Of a DNA stretch of 64,000 bases, positions 38,721-48,047 are shown in pieces (the first letter of the stretch is position 1; each line of letters begins with the position of its first letter). The DNA is from Sulfurimonas sp. GTDB lineage: Bacteria > Campylobacterota > Campylobacteria > Campylobacterales > Sulfurimonadaceae. The stretch spans positions 1,532-65,531 of the forward strand of contig JAKISR010000003.1 of NCBI GenBank assembly GCA_021648465.1. Reading direction: 5' to 3'. The notes below the pieces were generated by a model, which made no database searches, was not told the DNA's origin, and was given only the letters and a program-made list of their open reading frames with translations. Both the position numbers and the translations under genes were made by a program.

Positions 38721-39116
38721 ATGTTCAATAAGTTAATGATTTTTTTTAGTATTATTATTATTTTAATAACTATGAACAGTAACTATCATTTTCACAACTC
38801 TCACATTGATAATCACCATAACAATTCCCATTATCACCATCACATAGAGGTTGATTTTTATGATGGAACTACTGAACAATCAAATCTTCATCATGTAGAA
38901 CATACTCAATATTTAGAGAATATCGGCATAATAAGTAGTGTACTTTTAGTACTTCTCTTTATTGGTATTAATTTTTCTTTTTTGTTGTTACCTCGAACAA
39001 AAGTATCTGCAAAACAAAATTCTAAAATTCTATTTTGCAGATACTTTTTTATCTACCCACCTCCAATTCTAATTCGTTCTATTCTTTTTCACGCACCTCC
39101 AAATAATCATTCTTAA
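38721..39116 (+). CDS. histidine-rich two-TM membrane protein (hypothetical)
   Basis: It is 131 aa, with 12 His between residues 23 and 61 lying between two hydrophobic helices. SD aaggag is upstream. The last ~40 codons run through a terminator hairpin, so the true C-terminus is uncertain. Confidence 0.5.
   Translation: MFNKLMIFFSIIIILITMNSNYHFHNSHIDNHHNNSHYHHHIEVDFYDGTTEQSNLHHVEHTQYLENIGIISSVLLVLLFIGINFSFLLLPRTKVSAKQNSKILFCRYFFIYPPPILIRSILFHAPPNNHS
39003..39050 (+). terminator. strong intrinsic terminator or attenuator hairpin inside the His-rich ORF, upstream of czcC-like gene
   Basis: A perfect 12-bp stem gtatctgcaaaa/ttttgcagatac (39003-14 / 39033-44) has an 18-nt loop and is followed by T6 (39045-50). 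An A-tract lies upstream. Confidence 0.6.
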
Positions 39117-39207
39117 ATTATCAACTTTATTGTCTTTTAAAAACAAATTATATTTGTTATATAGAGACTCGTACATATTGAAAAAATAAATATAAGGAAT
39201 ATTATTT

Positions 39208-40422
39208 ATGAAAATTATTATCTTGTTTTTAGTGATAACTATAAACATATACGCAACAAAAACTACTTATAAGTGGGATGACTTTATTCAAAAAGCAGTA
39301 GATGCTTCATTGGTTCTTAGACAAAATGATGCACAGTTGGCTATAAAAAGAAGTGAAATCACTCAATCAACTTTATTAGAAAATCCTACATTTGAAATCT
39401 CATTTGATAATGGATTGAAAAATAGTATCGATTATTCATATCTTGAATTTACTCAAAAATTACCTGCATTAGGTGAACGATATTTAAAAAAGAGAACAGC
39501 TCAGCTCTACTTAAGAAGTGAGCAATACTCTAAAGATGCAACTTTACTTAAAGTTCAATATAGAGCAGCATCTCTTTTTCAAGAAATATATTTTTTAAAA
39601 AAACAGATTGATATTGTTAATCAACAACTTATAGAAATTAAAGATTTACAAAAAAAATCAAAAAACCGTGAAGAATTAGGTGAAATTTCAAGTTTTGAAA
39701 ATTCTCGTATTGATATCTTAAAACAACAAGTGGTTATGAGGAAAAAAAAATTACAAAACAGCTATATAAAATTAATGTTTGATACACAATCACTACTCAA
39801 TATAGATAATGAAATTTTAATTTTAGGAGATATTATTAAATTTAAAAAAGAAGAGATAGAAGTTTTAATAAGCTCTCTTAAAAAAAGCCCCCAATATTTA
39901 AAATATAAAGCTGAATTAGAAGCGACAAAACAAGAACTAAAATTAGTAAAAGCAACACGATATGCATTACCTGAATTGTATGTCTATTCAGAGCGTGATC
40001 TTAATTTAAATAATAGTGTTGATAATACATATGGTTTTGGTTTTAGACTATCTATACCATTATGGGATACTAAAGAGACTAAAATGGAAATACAAAACGC
40101 TAAAATACAAAAAAGTGCAATTAAAGCTCAAGAGATTCTATACAAACTTAAACGCAGTGTTAACGGATATCATAAGCTTTATAAAAGTACTACACTACAA
40201 GTTAAAAATTATAAAATAAATTTACTTGAACCCTCTAAAAAATATTATGAAACAAGTGTATTTTTGTTTGAGCTTGGTGAGAGTAATTTACTTGAACTTT
40301 TAGATGCACAAGCACTCTATTTTCAAAGTCAACATGAATATCAAAATTTAATTTCACAATCTCACATCTATTGGCTTAAGCTTTGTAGTGTAGCCAATAT
40401 TAACCTACTAAAGGACAATTAA
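39208..40422 (+). CDS. TolC-family outer-membrane efflux protein (CzcC/CusC-like)
   Basis: It is 404 aa with a signal peptide and two-repeat coiled-coil/beta architecture. It is the first gene of an RND tripartite operon. Confidence 0.8.
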   Translation: MKIIILFLVITINIYATKTTYKWDDFIQKAVDASLVLRQNDAQLAIKRSEITQSTLLENPTFEISFDNGLKNSIDYSYLEFTQKLPALGERYLKKRTAQLYLRSEQYSKDATLLKVQYRAASLFQEIYFLKKQIDIVNQQLIEIKDLQKKSKNREELGEISSFENSRIDILKQQVVMRKKKLQNSYIKLMFDTQSLLNIDNEILILGDIIKFKKEEIEVLISSLKKSPQYLKYKAELEATKQELKLVKATRYALPELYVYSERDLNLNNSVDNTYGFGFRLSIPLWDTKETKMEIQNAKIQKSAIKAQEILYKLKRSVNGYHKLYKSTTLQVKNYKINLLEPSKKYYETSVFLFELGESNLLELLDAQALYFQSQHEYQNLISQSHIYWLKLCSVANINLLKDN

Positions 40423-41954
40423 TGAAACAACTATCTTTAATATTTTTTACAATACTACTGTTTTTAAGCGGCTGTAGTGAAAAACATGAAGCACACACAC
40501 AAGCTGTAGAAGAAAAAATAGAACCTGAGCCTGTTGCTATTACTGACTACACTAAACAAACAGAGTTATTTGTAGAGTTTGATCAATTTGTTCTTAATCA
40601 GGAATCTACTTTTTTAGCACATTTTACATATATGGATACATTTAAACCATTTACAGAGGGTTATGTAAAAGCATGTCTTACCTATTTAAACCAAATAACT
40701 GAGTGCTTTGATGTTGACTCACCAGTTCGTAAGGGTATTTTTAAACCAGTTGCTATTCCATCACAAAGTGGTAAAGTTGAATTAGATATTACTGTTGAGC
40801 AAGGAAATATAAAACAAACACATAAATTAGGTTCATTTCAAGTTTATGAATCAAATGAGAAAATTCCAACTCATGCTGAACAAGAAGAAGATGATGGTAT
40901 TAGTTATTTAAAAGAGCAACAATGGGAAGTTGAATTTGCAACGCACATAGCTACAAAAAAATTATTAAAAGAATCAGTTTCAACATTTGCTAAAATAGAA
41001 GTACCAACTAATCAGGAGTATTTTTTAAGTGCACCTGTAGCAGGAATTGTTACAACAAGTAGAGAATTAGGTGTTGGCTCATTAGTAAGTAAAAATATGG
41101 AATTAGCTCATATCACACCATTACTTGGGCAAAAAGAAGATATTTCAACTCTTAAATTTGAGCTAAAAAAAGCAGAAATAAATCTTATGATGAAAAGAGA
41201 TGAGAATGAACGGGTACAAAAGCTTAAAACTAGAAATGCAGTGTCTCAAAAACGAATAGTAACTGCCCAGCAAAACTATAAAATAGCAAAAGCACAATAT
41301 GAAAATATAATCCAAAGATTAAATCAGTTTGACACAAGTAGTGGCAGCAAGGTAGGTATTTCATTAAAAAGTCCAATAGATGGTAAAGTTGTTAAACAGC
41401 TAGCACTTTCTGGTTCGTATGTTAATGAAGGTGATTCAATACTCCATATAGTAAATCCAAAAAAATTACTACTTAATGTTCGTATACCTCAAAGTGAAGT
41501 ATCTAAAGTTACTAAACCTTTAGGTGTAGAGTTGATACTTGATGATAATTCGTTTAGTTTTAATGTAGCAAAGGATACAAAATTTCTTTATTTTAGTGAT
41601 ATTATCGATCCAAAAACGCGTTGTGCTTCATTGGTATTTGAGATAAATAATCCCCCTTCATTTTTAAAAGCTGGTATAGGTTACGCTGCAAAAGCTTATA
41701 CTGGCAAAATTGTGAAAACTTTGGCGATTTTAAAAAGCTCGATAGTAAATGATAATGGACTCCATGTTGTATATGTTCAAGTAGGTGGAGAGAGTTTTGA
41801 GCGTCGTAATATAGAGACTGGCATGAGTGCTGGTGATTATATTGAGATAAAATCAGGTGTAAATGATGGTGAACATGTTGTTTCAAAAGGTGCTTATCAA
41901 GTTCTTCTATCTGCCTTGTCACCTGCTGCCGCTGGCGCAGGTCATGCACATTAA
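40422..41954 (+). CDS. RND efflux periplasmic adaptor (CzcB/CusB-like), lipoprotein
   Basis: The lipobox is LSGC. Biotinyl-lipoyl-like, hairpin and beta-barrel segments are present (SAPVAGIV, SPIDGKVV). The N-terminus after the Cys is His/Glu-rich, and the protein ends AGAGHAH. Confidence 0.85.
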   Translation: MKQLSLIFFTILLFLSGCSEKHEAHTQAVEEKIEPEPVAITDYTKQTELFVEFDQFVLNQESTFLAHFTYMDTFKPFTEGYVKACLTYLNQITECFDVDSPVRKGIFKPVAIPSQSGKVELDITVEQGNIKQTHKLGSFQVYESNEKIPTHAEQEEDDGISYLKEQQWEVEFATHIATKKLLKESVSTFAKIEVPTNQEYFLSAPVAGIVTTSRELGVGSLVSKNMELAHITPLLGQKEDISTLKFELKKAEINLMMKRDENERVQKLKTRNAVSQKRIVTAQQNYKIAKAQYENIIQRLNQFDTSSGSKVGISLKSPIDGKVVKQLALSGSYVNEGDSILHIVNPKKLLLNVRIPQSEVSKVTKPLGVELILDDNSFSFNVAKDTKFLYFSDIIDPKTRCASLVFEINNPPSFLKAGIGYAAKAYTGKIVKTLAILKSSIVNDNGLHVVYVQVGGESFERRNIETGMSAGDYIEIKSGVNDGEHVVSKGAYQVLLSALSPAAAGAGHAH

Positions 41955-41963
41955 GGACTTAAA

Positions 41964-44900
41964 ATGTTAGAAAAAATAATTAATTGGTCTTTAGATAAGC
42001 GTTTTGTTGTTTTAATTTTGGGTATTGCTATTATGGTTTTTGGAGTTTTAGAACTTAAAAAGTCTGAGGTAGATATTTTTCCAGATTTAACTGCCCCAAC
42101 TGTTACAGTACTTACAGAATCTACTGCAATGACACCAGTGGAGATTGAACAACTCATCACTATTCCTATAGAAAATGGATTAAATGGACTCTCTGGACTT
42201 CGCCGTATTCGATCAAATTCATTAAGTGGAATATCTGTTGTGTATGTAGAGTTTGAATGGGATACGGATATCTATCGTGCTCGTCAACTAGTAACTGAAA
42301 AAATTCAGCTTATTAAAGAAAATTTACCACAGGATGTAAAGTCTCCTGTATTAGCACCAATCTCTTCTATAATGGGTGAGATTATGTTTATAGCATTGCA
42401 TTCAGAGGTACACTCAACACTTGAGTTAAAAACAGTAGCAGATTGGGATGTTCGTCAACGCTTACTTTCAATATCTGGAATTTCAGATATTATACCTATT
42501 GGTGGTGATACAAAACAGTATCAAATACTTATTAAGCCTGAAAAATTAATTGATTATGATTTAAGTGTCAATGAAATACTTCAAGCAATTAGACAGTCAA
42601 ATGAAAATGCATCAGCTGGATATTATGTTCAAAATTCTCAAGAGTATATGCTTAGAGGAATTGGAAGATTTCAAAATATCAAAGATATTGCTAGTACAGT
42701 AATTAAAACAAAGAATGGTGTCCCAATACGAATTTCTGATGTAGCCGAAGTTAATATTGGCGCTGCTCCTAAGCGTGGAGAAGGTTCATATAATGGTAAC
42801 AAAGCAGTTGTTTTAGCTATTCAAAAACAGCCAAATGTAAATACTCTAGAGCTAACTAAAAAGATAGAATTAAGTATTGATAAAATTCAAAAAACTCTGC
42901 CAAATGGAATGAAAATAGAAAAAGATTTGTTTAAGCAGTCCTCCTTTATTGAAGCAGCAATTAGCAATCTTTTATATGCTCTTAGAGATGGTGCTATTTT
43001 AGTTATTGTAATTGTATTACTTTTTTTACTTAGTATACGAGCTACATTAATTACTCTTACGGCAATTCCTTTATCACTTTTTTCAACCATATTTTTGCTA
43101 AATGCTTTGGATATAACAATAAATACAATGACCTTGGGAGGGATGGTTATTGCCCTTGGAGTGTTAGTTGATGATGCCATTATTGTTGTTGAAAATATTA
43201 TTCGAAGACTTCAGCAAAATAGTGAAAAAGAGCCATCAAAGCAACTTAGTCGTTTAAAAGTTATATCAAAAGCCACACTTGAGATTCAGAGTTCTATAGT
43301 TTTTGCTACTATGATTATCTTGTTAGTATTTGTACCACTGTTTTTCTTAGAGGGTATGGAAGGAAAACTACTAGCTCCACTAGGTATAGCATATATTAGT
43401 GCGTTAGTTGCTTCTTTAGTTGTTGCTATAACAATCACTCCTGTATTTAGTTACTACTTTTTAAAAATAAAATCAAAAAATGTACATAAAACTTCAAACT
43501 TTTTACTGTTTCTCATAAATGTGTATGACAAAGTATTAAACCTTACAATGGATCGTTGGAAAATGCTGGTTATTAGTTTTAGTTTCTTGTTTGTTATAGC
43601 AGGTGTATTTTTACTTAATGCAGGAAAATCTTTTCTTCCAGAGTTTAATGAGGGGAGTTTAACTGTAGCTATAGTTTCTTTACCAGGAACTTCTTTAGAA
43701 AAATCAGATGCCCTTGGTATAAGTATTGAAGAAGTTTTACTTGGATTTGAAGAGGTTGTCTCAGTTACAAGAAGAACAGGTCGTTCTGAATTAGACCCTC
43801 ATGCACAAGGTGTACATGCTTCTGAAATGGAAGTGGAGCTAAAGATGAAAGATCGCTCTAAAGAGGAGTTCCTTGAAGCTTTGAGAAAAGATTTTTCTGG
43901 TGTTGCTGGGGTTAATATCTCTGTAGGTCAACCAATCTCTCACAGAATAGATCATATGCTCTCTGGATCAAAAGCAGCTATTGCGATTAAGGTGTTTGGG
44001 GAGGATATAAATGAACAACGCGCCATTGCTAAAAAGATAAAAACAATTGTTGAAAATGTAGAGGGTACAGTTGATGTTATGGTTGAGAATCAAACAGATC
44101 TTCCTCAAATTGTTATGGAGTTCAATCGTCCAGTTATGGCTTCTTATGGCATAAGTGTATCAGAGCTTAGTGAAATTATTCAAACTGCATTTTATGGCAC
44201 AAAAGTTACAAAATTTATTGAAAAAAATCGTTTATACGATGTTGTTGTAAAGTATCAGCAGAAAAAAAATGTTGATATCAATGTTATTAAATCAACTTTG
44301 ATTCAAACTTCTTCTGGGGCACAAGTTTTTTTAGGAACACTTGTAAAAATCTCTGAAGCACGAATGCCATATATGGTTAGTAGAGAAGGTATGGAGCGAA
44401 AAGTAGTTTTAACATCAAATGTTTCAAGTAGTGATTTAGTTGGAATTGTGAAAGAGATAAAAAAAGGTATAGCTGAAAATATAAATTTACCAAAAGGTTA
44501 TCGTATAGAGTATGGAGGACAATTTGTAAGTGCAGAATCATCTTCAGATATATTGATGATTTTAGGGACACTTGTTATGTTTGGTGTATTTATACTTCTA
44601 TATTTAGCATTTTCTTCTACTAGAGATGCAATGCTAATTTTAGTAAATCTTCCCTTTGCATTAATTGGAGGAGTTGTAGGACTATACATTTCTGGTGGGA
44701 TAATCTCTATTGCCACTTTGATAGGTTTTATAACTCTTTTTGGTATAGCAACTCGTAATGGTGTAATGATGGTTTCACATATACATAATTTAATACGCAT
44801 TGAGGGAGTCTCAAATTTTGAAGAAGCGGTTAGACAAGGTGCAAAAGAGCGTTTAATCCCAATTTTAATGACAGCTCTTGCAGCAGGACTAGCAATGGTT

Positions 44901-45044
44901 CCTTTAGCACTAGGTGTAGGTGAAGCAGGAAGTGAGATTCAAGCTCCCATGGCTATGGTTATTCTGTTTGGATTATTTAGCTCAACAATACTAAATATGA
45001 TTATATTACCAGCACTTTATTTGCGTTTTGGATCTTTAAAATAA
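41964..45044 (+). CDS. heavy-metal efflux RND transporter (CusA/CzcA family)
   Basis: It is 1026 aa with 12-TM AcrB-like architecture. The N-terminal MLEKIINWSL..IFPDLTAPTVTV and the TM4 segment LVDDAIIVVENI are typical of the HME-RND subfamily. Confidence 0.93.
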   Translation: MLEKIINWSLDKRFVVLILGIAIMVFGVLELKKSEVDIFPDLTAPTVTVLTESTAMTPVEIEQLITIPIENGLNGLSGLRRIRSNSLSGISVVYVEFEWDTDIYRARQLVTEKIQLIKENLPQDVKSPVLAPISSIMGEIMFIALHSEVHSTLELKTVADWDVRQRLLSISGISDIIPIGGDTKQYQILIKPEKLIDYDLSVNEILQAIRQSNENASAGYYVQNSQEYMLRGIGRFQNIKDIASTVIKTKNGVPIRISDVAEVNIGAAPKRGEGSYNGNKAVVLAIQKQPNVNTLELTKKIELSIDKIQKTLPNGMKIEKDLFKQSSFIEAAISNLLYALRDGAILVIVIVLLFLLSIRATLITLTAIPLSLFSTIFLLNALDITINTMTLGGMVIALGVLVDDAIIVVENIIRRLQQNSEKEPSKQLSRLKVISKATLEIQSSIVFATMIILLVFVPLFFLEGMEGKLLAPLGIAYISALVASLVVAITITPVFSYYFLKIKSKNVHKTSNFLLFLINVYDKVLNLTMDRWKMLVISFSFLFVIAGVFLLNAGKSFLPEFNEGSLTVAIVSLPGTSLEKSDALGISIEEVLLGFEEVVSVTRRTGRSELDPHAQGVHASEMEVELKMKDRSKEEFLEALRKDFSGVAGVNISVGQPISHRIDHMLSGSKAAIAIKVFGEDINEQRAIAKKIKTIVENVEGTVDVMVENQTDLPQIVMEFNRPVMASYGISVSELSEIIQTAFYGTKVTKFIEKNRLYDVVVKYQQKKNVDINVIKSTLIQTSSGAQVFLGTLVKISEARMPYMVSREGMERKVVLTSNVSSSDLVGIVKEIKKGIAENINLPKGYRIEYGGQFVSAESSSDILMILGTLVMFGVFILLYLAFSSTRDAMLILVNLPFALIGGVVGLYISGGIISIATLIGFITLFGIATRNGVMMVSHIHNLIRIEGVSNFEEAVRQGAKERLIPILMTALAAGLAMVPLALGVGEAGSEIQAPMAMVILFGLFSSTILNMIILPALYLRFGSLK

Positions 45045-45054
45045 TATAATTATT

Positions 45055-45082
45055 AGTCATCACTATATTTGTGGTGATGGCT
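45055..45082 (+). terminator. hairpin after the RND pump gene (possible terminator)
   Basis: A 9-bp stem agtcatcac/gtgatggct includes one G-U pair and has a 10-nt loop. The U tract is weak. Confidence 0.35.
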
Positions 45083-45172
45083 ATCTTAATCTTTAAATAG
45101 TATTACCACTTCACAATTTATACACAATAAAAGGCTAATTTTTTAATATCTAAACTATAAAAAGGATTAAAA

Positions 45173-45667
45173 ATGAAAGCCTTACAAATAATTGTCATGT
45201 TAATAATGCTATTTAGCACATCATTAATGGCACATAATAAACATAAAAATAATCATGAGTTTGGTAATAATTATAAACATTCTCATTATAATGAGAAAAA
45301 ACATTTTAAAAAGCATGGTCGTTATATAAAAGTAAAAAGAAGTAAACCTATATATAGAGATATAGCAGTATATGAAGACTATGAGCAACATGATAATTAC
45401 AATGGAATTATCATAGGTGGAGTAATTGGTGGTATTTTAGGAAACAGCATAAGTAATCACCATAATATACCATTAACTATTAGTGGAACTGTAATTGGTG
45501 CTGTTATTGGTTCAGAATTGTCACATGGACATAATAAACAAAGATATGTAGAAAAAGAATTTGTTGGATATAAAAATATAGTATTTTACAGAGGTGAAAA
45601 GATAGTTAGAATTACTGATAGACCACTAAGAAAAATATGGGTAAGTCATAGAAGACATCATTATTAG
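45173..45667 (+). CDS. secreted His/Lys-rich protein with glycine-zipper (Rick_17kDa_Anti-like) segment
   Basis: It has a signal peptide, then 7 His between residues 21 and 48. The glycine zipper is GIIIGGVIGGILGNSIS..GTVIGAVIGS. The protein ends HRRHHY. SD aaagga is upstream. Confidence 0.6.
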   Translation: MKALQIIVMLIMLFSTSLMAHNKHKNNHEFGNNYKHSHYNEKKHFKKHGRYIKVKRSKPIYRDIAVYEDYEQHDNYNGIIIGGVIGGILGNSISNHHNIPLTISGTVIGAVIGSELSHGHNKQRYVEKEFVGYKNIVFYRGEKIVRITDRPLRKIWVSHRRHHY

Positions 45668-45682
45668 ATAGTTTTTTAAGGA

Positions 45683-45757
45683 TGGTGCTCAATACTGGAT
45701 TTGAACCAGTGACTTCTTCCTTGTCGAGGAAGCACTCTACCACTGAGTTAATCGAGC
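45683..45757 (-). tRNA. tRNA-Val (anticodon GAC) with C at position 33
   Basis: Manual cloverleaf: acceptor GCTCGAT/ATTGAGC, D arm ACTC-AGTGGTA-GAGT. Anticodon arm CTTCC-TCGACAA-GGAAG, T arm ACTGG-TTCAAAT-CCAGT. Discriminator A with encoded CCA. Confidence 0.8.
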
Positions 45758-45844
45758 AGGATTGTAATTTTATCAAAAAAATCTTAAATTACTTTTTTTA
45801 AAGACTATCCATAATATTTACTTTTAATTTAGGTTTATTAAGTG

Positions 45845-45850
45845 TATAAT
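45845..45850 (+). promoter_or_regulatory. -10 box TATAAT for pckA
   Basis: gtgTATAAT lies 34 nt upstream of the ATG, with SD aaggta between. Confidence 0.4.
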
Positions 45851-45883
45851 TCCAATATAATTTAAAAGCAAACAAGGTAAGTT

Positions 45884-47467
45884 ATGAACATAACTGAGTT
45901 AGAAGAAATAGGTCTAAAAAATGTTGGTAAAGTTTATCATAACCTTAGTTATGATGAGTTGATTCAACATGAGATAGAGAATGATGAGTGTGCGGTTACA
46001 AAAAAAGGTGCTACAGCTGTAGATACAGGTATATTTACAGGTCGTTCTCCAAAAGATAAATATTTTGTAGATCGTGATCCATCAAATAAATATATAGCTT
46101 GGGGTAATGTAAATAGAAAGGTTTCTAAAGAAATTTTTGCTGAACTTTTATCTGTCGCTCAAGAACAATTATCAAATAAAGACTTATATGTTACAGATGT
46201 TTTTTGTGGTTCAAGTCCTGCTTCAAAAAGATCAATTCGTTTTGTAGCAGAAATTGCTTGGCAATCTCACTTTGTTAAAAATATGTTTATCCGTCCAACA
46301 GATTCAGAGCTTGAAGTTTTTAAATCAGATTTTACAGTTTTAAATGCCTGTAAAGCTGTAAATGATAAATGGAAAGAGCATGGCCTAAATTCAGAAGTAT
46401 TTGTTCTTTTTGATATTGAGAACAATATAGCAATTATTGGTGGTACTTGGTACGGTGGTGAGATGAAAAAAGGAATTTTTTCAATGATGAACTATTGGTT
46501 ACCACTTGATGGAAAATTACCAATGCATTGTTCTGCAAATGTTGGTAAAAAAGGAGATACTGCACTGTTTTTTGGACTAAGTGGAACTGGTAAAACAACT
46601 CTTTCAACTGATCCAAATCGTGCTTTAATTGGCGATGATGAACATGGTTGGGATAATTATGGTGTGTTTAACTTTGAGGGTGGATGTTATGCAAAAGTAA
46701 TTAACCTTGATGGTAAAAGTGAGCCAGAAATTTACCATGCTATTAAAACAAATGCACTTCTTGAAAATGTTGTGATGTATGGTGAGGGTGAAGTTGATTA
46801 TGAGGATAGTTCAAAAACTGAAAATACTCGTGTTTCTTATCCGATCGAACATATTAAAAATTATGAACCAACTTTAAGTGCTGGTCATCCTGAAAGTATT
46901 ATCTTTTTAACAGCTGATGCTTTTGGTGTATTACCTCCAGTATCTAAACTTACTAAAGAGCAGGCAATGTACTATTTCTTAAGTGGATATACTGCTAAAG
47001 TTGCTGGAACAGAGCGTGGAATTACTGAACCAGTTGCAACTTTTTCTGCTTGCTTTGGAGAAGCATTTTTACCACTTCATCCAACGGTATATGCAAAACT
47101 ACTTGGTGAAAAAATAGATACTCATAATGTAAATGTTTATCTTGTAAATACTGGCTGGACTGGCGGAGGTTATGGTGTTGGTCATAGAATGAGTATTAAA
47201 GATACTCGTGCTTGTATTAATGCTATTTTAGATGGTAGTATTCAAAATTCTGAATTTGATACTACTAAAACATTTAGACTTCATGTACCAACAACTTTAG
47301 GAAACATAAATCCAGAAATATTAAACCCTCGTAATGCTTGGGAAGATAAAGATGAATTTGACAAGGTTAGAGATACTTTAGCAGAAATGTTTATCCAAAA
47401 TTATAAAAAATATAAAGATGGTGTAAATGTTGATTATTCTAATGCAGGTCCAAAAGTAGAAAGCTAA
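45884..47467 (+). CDS. pckA: phosphoenolpyruvate carboxykinase (ATP)
   Basis: The kinase-1a motif is [19 protein letters not shown] and the size and overall pattern fit ATP-dependent PckA. Confidence 0.95.
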   Translation: MNITELEEIGLKNVGKVYHNLSYDELIQHEIENDECAVTKKGATAVDTGIFTGRSPKDKYFVDRDPSNKYIAWGNVNRKVSKEIFAELLSVAQEQLSNKDLYVTDVFCGSSPASKRSIRFVAEIAWQSHFVKNMFIRPTDSELEVFKSDFTVLNACKAVNDKWKEHGLNSEVFVLFDIENNIAIIGGTWYGGEMKKGIFSMMNYWLPLDGKLPMHCSANVGKKGDTALFFGLSGTGKTTLSTDPNRALIGDDEHGWDNYGVFNFEGGCYAKVINLDGKSEPEIYHAIKTNALLENVVMYGEGEVDYEDSSKTENTRVSYPIEHIKNYEPTLSAGHPESIIFLTADAFGVLPPVSKLTKEQAMYYFLSGYTAKVAGTERGITEPVATFSACFGEAFLPLHPTVYAKLLGEKIDTHNVNVYLVNTGWTGGGYGVGHRMSIKDTRACINAILDGSIQNSEFDTTKTFRLHVPTTLGNINPEILNPRNAWEDKDEFDKVRDTLAEMFIQNYKKYKDGVNVDYSNAGPKVES

Positions 47468-48034
47468 TTATTTAATTTTTTTCTTTGTGGCCTTATGCAT
47501 ATATAGCCACAAAGCTCCTCCAAAAGTTACAAGTATTATAGGTGCTATCCAAGGTTTATCTCCTATAACTCCAGCAGCTTTTACCAAAGCATCTCCAGAA
47601 TAATAACTTCCAAGGCCAACAGCTAAAGTCCAAACTGTAGCACTAGCAATATTTAAAATAACAAATTTTTTAAAGTCATACTTAGTAAGACCAATAGCTA
47701 TTGGGATAAGAGTTTTTATGCCATATACAAATTTTTGAATTAAAATAATCCAAGAGCCATATTTTTTCATCATTACATGAGCAAGGGCAAGTTTTCTTCT
47801 ATGTTTACGAAGATTACCCATCATCATGCTTTTTTGATATCTTGCCATATAAAATAGTAAGATGTCACCTATTGTATTTGCAGTAAAAGCAATAAAGAGG
47901 ACAAGAGTTAAGTCCATTTTCCCCATAAATGCTAAAACACTAGCACCAATAAGTGCAACAAATCCACCACCTAAAGAGTATAGGAATAGACCTATATATC
48001 CATAAGTTGCTAAATTATTAAATGTATCTTCCAT
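47468..48034 (-). CDS. DedA-family membrane protein
   Basis: It is 188 aa with about 4-5 TM helices. YGYIGLFLYSLGGG and LIQKFVYGIKTLIPIAIG are typical of DedA/SNARE-associated proteins. Confidence 0.8.
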   Translation of the reverse strand: MEDTFNNLATYGYIGLFLYSLGGGFVALIGASVLAFMGKMDLTLVLFIAFTANTIGDILLFYMARYQKSMMMGNLRKHRRKLALAHVMMKKYGSWIILIQKFVYGIKTLIPIAIGLTKYDFKKFVILNIASATVWTLAVGLGSYYSGDALVKAAGVIGDKPWIAPIILVTFGGALWLYMHKATKKKIK

Positions 48035-48047
48035 TAATTAATAGTTC

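Noticed and set aside
41602-41949. A 115-aa minus-strand ORF inside the RND adaptor gene. Others lie inside the pump gene: 42887..43180, 44377..44571, 44498..44800 and 41951..42160.
   Set aside because: All are embedded antisense in genes with strong family signatures. His/Gln/Leu-rich or Ile-rich junk translations give no independent support.
38633-45757. The idea that the czc-type locus is a genomic island integrated at the 3-prime end of tRNA-Val.
   Set aside because: The tRNA 3-prime end does face the locus. However, I found no integrase and no direct repeat of the tRNA 3-prime segment at the far boundary (38633-38720). There is no obvious compositional break. The idea cannot be supported from this window.
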